Origin: an uncultured virus (IMG/VR IMGVR_UViG_3300020530_000425)
Lineage: Duplodnaviria > Heunggongvirae > Uroviricota > Caudoviricetes
Direction: 5' to 3' (one strand)
IMG/VR virus record: IMGVR_UViG_3300020530_000425
Length of the DNA stretch: 64,000 nt
The position numbers and the translations under genes are program-made. Below are positions 57,215-64,000 of the stretch, in pieces. Under the pieces are notes generated by a model. It had not been told where the DNA came from. It saw nothing but the letters and a program-made list of their open reading frames with translations, and did not search any database. The stretch's first letter is position 1. Each line of letters starts with the position of its first letter.

Positions 57215-58458
57215 TAGGTTTTACTTAAATAATTATTAGCAGATAATATAGTTTTTAATTGGTTGTTTATTGATTGAAATGTAGCTGCGTTTTCAGGACC
57301 CAATTTACTAGGACCAGATGGGGTTAGATAATTTTGATTTAAAATTGCAAGTATCAAATCTTGTAATATTGCAACCAACTCTCCACCTAATACCATTTGT
57401 TGTACATCTGCTCCATCTTGTCCAATACCTGTATTCTTTCCTAAAAATATTTTACCACTATCTGAATTAAGGAATATTTGATTAGAACCTTTTGAGTGTA
57501 TTGTTATATTTTTATTGTTGTGAACATATACTTCTTTTTCTGCATCAATTGTAAAATTACCATCAGTTAATATACCCGTATTTCCTTTACCAAATATAAT
57601 AAATTCACTTGCTTTTGAAGAAAGAATTATTCTATCAGAATTTATAAATAATTGGTCACCCTTTAAAGAATCGGATGATGGATATTCTTTGAATGCAGTT
57701 TTAGTTTTGACTACGGTTTCTTTAAATGGTACTTTAACTTTACCGGAAGTTATATAAATCGATGTACCATCTTTATTAATATCCTCATCTACTAATTCAC
57801 CTATTTTTTTTGAATCTAATTCTGGATTCTGTTTATTACGAATAAAAATAGATGGAGATGATGTTTTACTATCTTCAGTTAAAAAAAACTCACTAAAACG
57901 AATTGTATTACCAACTCTACCACTTATAATAGTATCACCGTTTGATGGTTTTAAAAATTTAATTTTTTCATTTACTACATATTCGTTTTTATCTTTAGTT
58001 TTAGTTTTTGCATTTGTTTTACCACCAGTAGCGGCAGTATTAGCCATAGAACCACCACCCTGTTTTCCAGCAGGCACTTCTACATCTTCCTCTAACGTAG
58101 CATAATAAGTTGTATAATCTCTCCTATAATTTGAGTAAGGAGTGGTTGTATATGGTAAATAAAACGATTGATTATGTAGTTTTACTATAACTACTGTTTC
58201 ACCTTTAATTGGAAATGTAAAATTATTTTTATCAAATGGAAATGCGTAATCATCTACTTTAATACTACTTTCTTTTCGATAAGTGATAGCACCATACATC
58301 CTAGCATCTTTATCCGAAAATGTTTTATTATCGTTGTATACTGGAATAGCATCAAGTCCTGCTTCACCTGGTTCTTTGGTTAACAATTCAGTTGTTGTAC
58401 CGTATACATTATCTACGGTTGCTAAAAAGCCAAATATATTACTTTGAGTATCTGCCAT
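57214..58458 (-). CDS. Baseplate hub/central spike protein (gp5-like, no lysozyme domain seen)
   Basis: FPIKGETVVI (OB-fold-like), GDTIISGRVGNTIRF, INSDRIILSSK beta repeats, MVLGGEL...TPSGPS. Confidence 0.7.
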   Translation of the reverse strand: MADTQSNIFGFLATVDNVYGTTTELLTKEPGEAGLDAIPVYNDNKTFSDKDARMYGAITYRKESSIKVDDYAFPFDKNNFTFPIKGETVVIVKLHNQSFYLPYTTTPYSNYRRDYTTYYATLEEDVEVPAGKQGGGSMANTAATGGKTNAKTKTKDKNEYVVNEKIKFLKPSNGDTIISGRVGNTIRFSEFFLTEDSKTSSPSIFIRNKQNPELDSKKIGELVDEDINKDGTSIYITSGKVKVPFKETVVKTKTAFKEYPSSDSLKGDQLFINSDRIILSSKASEFIIFGKGNTGILTDGNFTIDAEKEVYVHNNKNITIHSKGSNQIFLNSDSGKIFLGKNTGIGQDGADVQQMVLGGELVAILQDLILAILNQNYLTPSGPSKLGPENAATFQSINNQLKTILSANNYLSKT

Positions 58459-58862
58459 TATATTTTAGTTTTTATCTCTTCGATTTCAACTTGAATATCT
58501 AATAACTTTTCATCTGATTTTTTTTCTACTTCATTTATAGTATCTTCTAATTCGTTTAGTAATTGTGCTTTTTCAGTTTCACTTAACCAACCATCTTCAC
58601 CAATTCCTTTAGCTTCAGCTTGAGCCAATCGTTGTGCAATTGTAGCCAACTTAATTAAATGGTCATCATTCTTAATCGATGAATCAATTAAGTCTCTAAT
58701 AATAGGGGCTATGACAGTTGCTTCTCCTACACTCTTAATTAATTTACGAAGTGATTCAATCATTTCTGAAATGTTCTTCTTCTTTACTTGCTGATTATCG
58801 TAAATATCTTTAAATAATGATGATAAATTTTTACCATCAAACAATTGAAATTCTGTGCTCAT
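58458..58862 (-). CDS. Hypothetical helical protein
   Basis: 134 aa, TAATG overlap with the next gene. Confidence 0.7.
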   Translation of the reverse strand: MSTEFQLFDGKNLSSLFKDIYDNQQVKKKNISEMIESLRKLIKSVGEATVIAPIIRDLIDSSIKNDDHLIKLATIAQRLAQAEAKGIGEDGWLSETEKAQLLNELEDTINEVEKKSDEKLLDIQVEIEEIKTKI

Positions 58863-58894
58863 AATATGTTATTCTTTACTATATAATTATCTAG

Positions 58895-60595
58895 TTATGA
58901 TATTTTACTTACTATATAATTTCCAATAACTAAATAATCCATATCACAATTTTTAAATGTAGTAACCGCAATGTATGGGTCATTAACCATTGTTTGTCCT
59001 CTTAAATTAAAAGATGTATTCAATAGTATAGGTGTTCCACTTACTTTTTCAAATTCTTTTAATAAACTATAATATAAAGGATTTTGTTCATTGGTTACTG
59101 TTTGGATTCTTGCACTATTATCGACATGAGTTACTGATGGAATTGGAGTTTCTGAAATAACCTGAACTACTTGATTCATATATGGAACATCCTCTTCTGA
59201 TTTAAAATACTGTTGATAATCTTCGTGAGTTACCGATGGAGCAAATGGTCTAAACATTTCTCTCTTTTTGACAACCTTATTAATTCTATCTCTTACATCT
59301 GGTAAATGTGGATTAGCTAATATAGAACGATTACCCAATGCTCTTGCACCAAATTCAGTTCTACCTTGAAACCAACCTATAATATTACCTTCCTTAATTA
59401 ATTCGGCAGTTTTACTTAATAATGTATCGGTATTTTTATAGTATTTAAAAGATATATCTCCTATCCTATCTATAATATCTAATACATATTCTTTACTAAA
59501 TTCGGGTCCTAAATATGGAGATTGATTATCACCACCTTTTATTTTGTTGTTTCCAATTACATCATGCCATACATATAAACAGGCTCCAATTGCAGAACCT
59601 GCATCAGATGGTGCGTAGGGAATCCATACATTCTTAATACCACAATGTTTTTTGATTTTGCCATTAGCAGTTCCATTATATGCACATCCTCCACCTAACA
59701 CTAAATTTGAATTACCAGAATAACTAGATGAATTATTAATGATGTAATATAAACACCTCTCATACCATCTCTGTAAAGAAGCTGCTAAATCCATGTGGTG
59801 TTGTTCTAATTTGGATTCAGGTTCACGTGGTTTAAATCCTATCAGTTTAACCAAATCCAATGTAAACATATCCGTATTAGAATATTCCCATGTAAAATAC
59901 TTCTGATTTATATTAACTAAATTAACCGTATCCAACGATGCTAATGTATCAAATAATTCGTTATATTTTGAAGAATCTCCGTATGGAGCCAATCCCATTA
60001 CTTTATACTCACCACTATTTGGTTTAAATCCTAAATATGAAGTTATAGTTGAATACACTAACCCCAATGAATTTGGGAATTTTACGTTTTTAATTTCAAT
60101 AATACCATTTGAATTACATTCCGCAATTGAGATAGTATCCCATTCACCAACACCATCAATTGAAATTCCAATAGCTTCATCAAACGGTGATGTGTAAAAA
60201 GATAACGCTAAATGAGATAAATGATGTTTTGTAAATGTAATTACACCATCATACCCAATAGCATCTTTTATATATTTTTTTAAATTTCCCTCTGTTGCTT
60301 TAAATTCTTTTTTAAACTTATTCCAAGTTTTGAAATATTTAATCCATCTTTTTCCTAATGTTTTACTAACTCTATCATATTTGATATTTGGTACTTCATA
60401 CCAACAAAGGATATCTACTTTATCTATTGTAATTTGCGCGTAAGATAAGCATGCTTCTATAGCTTTTAATGGAAAAGAGTTGTCATGCTTTATGCCTGAC
60501 AACTTCTCTTCTTCTATTGCAAATATTACCTTACCATCTATAAGCAATGCAGCTGCTGAATCGTGATAAAATGCGGATATTCCTAATTGAATCAT
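58895..60595 (-). CDS. O-carbamoyltransferase (NodU/CmcH family)
   Basis: GISAFYHDSAA, HHLSH, IDGVGE, EYKVMGLAPYG, SDAGSAIGA, EFGARALGNRSILA, RPFAP, LLNTSFN. Confidence 0.95.
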   Translation of the reverse strand: MIQLGISAFYHDSAAALLIDGKVIFAIEEEKLSGIKHDNSFPLKAIEACLSYAQITIDKVDILCWYEVPNIKYDRVSKTLGKRWIKYFKTWNKFKKEFKATEGNLKKYIKDAIGYDGVITFTKHHLSHLALSFYTSPFDEAIGISIDGVGEWDTISIAECNSNGIIEIKNVKFPNSLGLVYSTITSYLGFKPNSGEYKVMGLAPYGDSSKYNELFDTLASLDTVNLVNINQKYFTWEYSNTDMFTLDLVKLIGFKPREPESKLEQHHMDLAASLQRWYERCLYYIINNSSSYSGNSNLVLGGGCAYNGTANGKIKKHCGIKNVWIPYAPSDAGSAIGACLYVWHDVIGNNKIKGGDNQSPYLGPEFSKEYVLDIIDRIGDISFKYYKNTDTLLSKTAELIKEGNIIGWFQGRTEFGARALGNRSILANPHLPDVRDRINKVVKKREMFRPFAPSVTHEDYQQYFKSEEDVPYMNQVVQVISETPIPSVTHVDNSARIQTVTNEQNPLYYSLLKEFEKVSGTPILLNTSFNLRGQTMVNDPYIAVTTFKNCDMDYLVIGNYIVSKIS

Positions 60596-60599
60596 AATA

Positions 60600-61289
60600 T
60601 TAAATTTTTATGTCACCATCTCTTTCGAACTCATTATATAGTTCCATTTGTCTTTCTCTCATCTTATTAACAACTTTAGTAATATAATGAGTTGGGTGAC
60701 CAGTCATCTCTCTAATAAGTAGATAAAGAGATTTTTTATTGAAATTTTCTATGTATTCTGCTCTTCTAAATAATTCTAAAACTGAATCTGCTATTTGTAA
60801 ATCTCGTTTTTTAGGAAAGAAATTTTCTAAATGTTTATCCCAATAATTCAACATTACTACATTAAAAGTTCTATGGTCATCATTACGGACTTCTTCTGTA
60901 AAATTGTTTTCAGTATCCCAATGGTCTGGCATTGCAGACATTATATCCGTATCTTTATATCTTTTATAATTTGCGTTGTTATTTAAAATCAAATAGTTTC
61001 TCGCAACAATTGTGAAATAAGAAAAGGCTTTACCTTTTCCATTTTTATACATGTGAATTTTTTCAATCATAAAAGCAACAACTTCACACATCACATCTTG
61101 TGGGTCATCATCAAAATATGAAAACTTCCATTTGTTGTAAACTATTTCTGCTAGTTTATCAAATGCAGGCTTAATTCTATCCCTATATAATAAATCTTTA
61201 ATACGTTGATTATCCGATAGGTTGTATTCTATAATTGCATCTTCAGTATCTTTTGTGAAGTATTGTTTGCTTTTTGCTTTTCTTGGCAT
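60600..61289 (-). CDS. Phage sigma-like factor (T4 gp55-like, putative late transcription)
   Basis: N-terminal YFT..TE.AI.EY and KGKAFSYFTIVARNYL, resembling sigma region 2 of gp55-like proteins. Confidence 0.6.
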   Translation of the reverse strand: MPRKAKSKQYFTKDTEDAIIEYNLSDNQRIKDLLYRDRIKPAFDKLAEIVYNKWKFSYFDDDPQDVMCEVVAFMIEKIHMYKNGKGKAFSYFTIVARNYLILNNNANYKRYKDTDIMSAMPDHWDTENNFTEEVRNDDHRTFNVVMLNYWDKHLENFFPKKRDLQIADSVLELFRRAEYIENFNKKSLYLLIREMTGHPTHYITKVVNKMRERQMELYNEFERDGDIKI

Positions 61290-61290
61290 T

Positions 61291-61533
61291 TTAATTGAAT
61301 TGTTTGAATCTTTCGATAGTTTCTTTTATTTGATAAAATATAGAACCTACTTCATCATCCTTCTCAAACATTTCACGAGAATCTATTTCTCTTAATGCCT
61401 CCAGTAATGCTTGGTTTCTTTGAGTTTCTCTTTCTATAAACTCTTCGTATTTTTCTAATTTTGTTAAAAGATTCCTAACTATATATAATGCAGTTAAGAA
61501 TAGTACAATTATTATTCCTAATAAAATTTCCAT
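61291..61533 (-). CDS. Small membrane-anchored protein
   Basis: N-terminal hydrophobic helix followed by a charged helical region. Confidence 0.7.
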   Translation of the reverse strand: MEILLGIIIVLFLTALYIVRNLLTKLEKYEEFIERETQRNQALLEALREIDSREMFEKDDEVGSIFYQIKETIERFKQFN

Positions 61534-61534
61534 A

Positions 61535-62182
61535 TTAAACTATTTCGTATCCTTTTAAAAAATAATCATTTGCTTTTTTGTATTTAACCTCAACTAATTC
61601 ACCTGTTGGTGATTTCATTACAATTTTGTCATTTCTACCATAATTGTTTTTCTTTGTGATAGTTGTAGAATAAATTCTATCTTTAATAGTTATCCCATCT
61701 AAATGGTCAATTTCATGTTGTACAATAACTGTCATCATTGTTTCCATTGAAACTCTTTCATCTACTTTATCTCCTTCTGGATTAATTTCAAATTCTAATT
61801 CTCCCAAATTATCAGTTTGAACTTTAATTTTACAAGACCTGATAGTTTTCAGTGGTTTTTCAATTGTTTTTGGAATAGATAGACATCCTTCATAAAAAAG
61901 AAATCCTTCTTTAGACCTTTCTGTAATAACTGGATTTAAAAGAAATAGTTCTCTACCAGTTTCTTCGTCACCAAATTTAATATAACAGGCTCTTTTCTTA
62001 ATACCTAATTGAGTTGCCGAAATACCTAAACCTGGATACTGATGTAATCCTGCTTTAAGTGTTTCTTCTAATTCATTTGCTTCAATAGCAGTAAATTCTG
62101 TTTTGGGAACGCGTGTTAACAAAAACTCGCTAAATTCGTTAGATTGTAATCCGTTTGATGCTTTGTCTGTAATTAATTTCAT
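61535..62182 (-). CDS. def: Peptide deformylase with C-terminal extension
   Basis: GLGISATQLG, EGCLSIP, QHEIDHLDG. Confidence 0.95.
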   Translation of the reverse strand: MKLITDKASNGLQSNEFSEFLLTRVPKTEFTAIEANELEETLKAGLHQYPGLGISATQLGIKKRACYIKFGDEETGRELFLLNPVITERSKEGFLFYEGCLSIPKTIEKPLKTIRSCKIKVQTDNLGELEFEINPEGDKVDERVSMETMMTVIVQHEIDHLDGITIKDRIYSTTITKKNNYGRNDKIVMKSPTGELVEVKYKKANDYFLKGYEIV

Positions 62183-62190
62183 ATTTTTAT

Positions 62191-62400
62191 TTATTTTTTT
62201 AATCCGTATTTTATAAATTTATACCATATTCTTTCATGAATATAATATTGAACTGGTTTATACACTAATTCTACAACTCCAAATGCAGCCCCTATCTGAA
62301 TTGAACCACTTATCCACCACATTATTAAAAACCCTATGAGGGTACTTAAAATACGATATGAGATGGTTTTAGCAATATGTCTCTTACGTTGTACTACCAT
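62191..62400 (-). CDS. DUF2061-like small membrane protein
   Basis: RHIAKTISYR...YYIHERIW. Start moved to MVVQ (62400). Confidence 0.75.
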   Translation of the reverse strand: MVVQRKRHIAKTISYRILSTLIGFLIMWWISGSIQIGAAFGVVELVYKPVQYYIHERIWYKFIKYGLKK

Positions 62401-62743
62401 TTGAATATATTTCTCCTTTTCTAATTTTAGTACCACTTATTTCAGCAATTTCTGTTGGTGGTTCATGATATATTACATCATATCCTACACCTCTACCATA
62501 GTTTACTGATTCAATATCAGGAATAATAGATATATGAATTTGATTCCAATTTTCTTGAAAGAATGGTTCTTTTGTTAATTCAATCATTACCTGTTGGGCA
62601 GTTTTGGGGTTGTTTTCATCTACATCCACATCTCTAATTGCCACCCAAACATTCTTTCCCTTTTCAAGTTGTTGATTGATTAACCATTCATGTCCTTTGT
62701 GCCAATTCTGCCATCTTCCGATGTATAGTGCGTACTTTTTCAT
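62384..62743 (-). CDS. Small HIGH-family nucleotidyltransferase-like protein
   Basis: IGRWQNWHKGH, YGRGVGY, ISGTKIR. Confidence 0.8.
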   Translation of the reverse strand: MKKYALYIGRWQNWHKGHEWLINQQLEKGKNVWVAIRDVDVDENNPKTAQQVMIELTKEPFFQENWNQIHISIIPDIESVNYGRGVGYDVIYHEPPTEIAEISGTKIRKGEIYSNGSTT

Positions 62744-63639
62744 AACATTGTTTTTATAAATGGTAATATTGCTAATTCTTTTCCTTTTGCTTCAACCATA
62801 ATGTCCACATCCAACTCGTATGTATTGGGGAGGGCATTAATATACACCGAATGGGCTTGTGGTTTTTCTTTTGGATTATTTTCATGTAATGCTTTTGATT
62901 CTGAATAATGAACTTCTTGTATAATACCTTTTGGCCAAGTTGTGGCAGCAAGTTTAAGAGCTTCTTCTTCGGTTAACCCACCCGTACAAAATTGGTGATG
63001 ATGGTAATCAAATACAATAGGAATACCTGTTCGTTCGTAGATATACATCAAATCTTTTACGGAATACATAGAAGCCTTATCATCATTCTCCAATGTCAAT
63101 CGTTTTTGTACGCTTGGAGAGAGTCTTTTGAAATTTGTAATCAATCTATCCATCGCAGATTGTTTATCTCCGTATACCCCATTACAATGGATATTAATAT
63201 TGTTGTAATGGGTTTTAGATAACCCCATAAGGTCAAATATCTTACCATGTAATTCTAAATCAGCAAAAGTTTTCTGAATAACTTCTTCGTTGGGTGAAGG
63301 GAGCACATTGAATGGGCCAGGATGAGAATTAATACGGATATTATGAAATTTGGCAAAATCACCTGCTTTCTTTAACTCCGATTTAATTTCTTTGTAATCT
63401 TTTAGTTGGGTTAAATCCAAACCATCACCCCACGGAATAATAGTGGATGATAAACGAAAAAAATTGATATTATGGATACGATTCCATTCTAATATCTTAA
63501 TAATATCTTTGGCATTTGCTAACGCCAACTCCGAAACGTAATCCAAGCCTTTGGCATTGAATGTTTTCTTCACCATTGAACGATTTGTGGTAACCTTGTT
63601 ACCCATCGACATATTAATACACGCATATCCTATATTCAT
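62740..63639 (-). CDS. uvsE: UV-damage endonuclease
   Basis: IGYACIN, FFRLSS, HPGPF, LENDD, FDYHHH, HYSE, MVEAKGKE. Confidence 0.95.
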   Translation of the reverse strand: MNIGYACINMSMGNKVTTNRSMVKKTFNAKGLDYVSELALANAKDIIKILEWNRIHNINFFRLSSTIIPWGDGLDLTQLKDYKEIKSELKKAGDFAKFHNIRINSHPGPFNVLPSPNEEVIQKTFADLELHGKIFDLMGLSKTHYNNINIHCNGVYGDKQSAMDRLITNFKRLSPSVQKRLTLENDDKASMYSVKDLMYIYERTGIPIVFDYHHHQFCTGGLTEEEALKLAATTWPKGIIQEVHYSESKALHENNPKEKPQAHSVYINALPNTYELDVDIMVEAKGKELAILPFIKTML

Positions 63640-63643
63640 ACTT

Positions 63644-63674
63644 TAAATATAAGAAAAATATTTCGTATTTACAA
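63644..63674 (-). promoter_or_regulatory. Bacteroidota-type sigma-A promoter
   Basis: TTG-N20-TATATTTA, 4 nt before the uvsE ATG. Confidence 0.6.
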
Positions 63675-63678
63675 GCGG

Positions 63679-64000
63679 TTAGTAAGTTTTGATGTTTTCT
63701 TCTTCGTTACGGAATTTAGCCAAATCCCTAACACTTCCTTTTTTGGTGTTTAACCAATAATTTACAGCTTTTGGATTATTTATCCACAATTTACGATTAT
63801 TCCATGGAAATTCTGGATGCATGTATTCTTCCCATTTTAAATTTGAAGTTTCTTCTTCCTCTTCTTGAATTTTTTCAATGTTAGAAGCAGTTTCGTCAAC
63901 TACATCCTCTGTTTTATCACCATAAATTTCATATAACCCCAATTTTTCATCATTTTCTATCATTTCAACTAATTTTTCTTTTTGTTGGAGTTTTTTGTTA
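63679..64000 (-). CDS. C-terminal part of a hypothetical protein starting beyond the window
   Basis: The frame is open upstream of the track start (63963) to the window edge (NKKLQQKEKLVE...). Confidence 0.65.
   Translation of the reverse strand, partial: NKKLQQKEKLVEMIENDEKLGLYEIYGDKTEDVVDETASNIEKIQEEEEETSNLKWEEYMHPEFPWNNRKLWINNPKAVNYWLNTKKGSVRDLAKFRNEEENIKTY

Noticed and set aside
1544..63222. All other plus-strand ORFs in the track, and short nested minus-strand ORFs (16997, 18400, 21629, 27453)
   Set aside because: They lie over well-supported genes and show no recognisable motifs; treated as shadow ORFs.
1..64000. Stop-codon reassignment
   Set aside because: Genes are full length in the standard code, and TAG, TGA and TAA all end tightly packed genes.
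1..64000. tRNAs, inteins, introns and transposases
   Set aside because: None was recognised by eye; intergenic gaps are short and conserved enzymes appear uninterrupted. No covariance search was run.

Overview
The window is a gene-dense, AT-rich segment of a large myovirus-type (T4-like/jumbo-style) phage genome. It uses the standard code, and all supported genes but one are on the minus strand. From left to right it holds: (1) the start of a >1137-aa multidomain protein missed by the ORF track (HIGH nucleotidyltransferase, two Pro10 tracts, Gly-rich hydrophobic segment, HExxH zincin); (2) a ~26-kb glycan synthesis and modification island (RmlC, three SDR epimerase/reductases, a minimal split ThDP enzyme, three radical SAM enzymes, three SGNH-like proteins, four GT10-like paralogs, three GT7 galactosyltransferases with an inserted LamG-like domain, GT2-like, GT4-like, methyltransferase, HAD proteins); (3) a 1753-aa tail-fibre protein with an S74 chaperone, divergent from a small RHH regulator; (4) a 2OG oxygenase, fused SbcD-SbcC, primase and T7-endonuclease-I-like resolvase; (5) a baseplate module; (6) carbamoyltransferase, gp55-like sigma factor, peptide deformylase and UvsE. 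Three TTG-N20-TAnnTT(T/G) promoters suggest a Bacteroidota host, and a recurrent sense-strand TATTTATA motif is a candidate late promoter. The leading hypothesis is a phage-encoded virion O-glycosylation system: baseplate and fibre proteins are rich in an [S/T]-G-S tripeptide, next to B4GALT7-like transferases. All family calls come from motifs recognised by eye; no database search was run.
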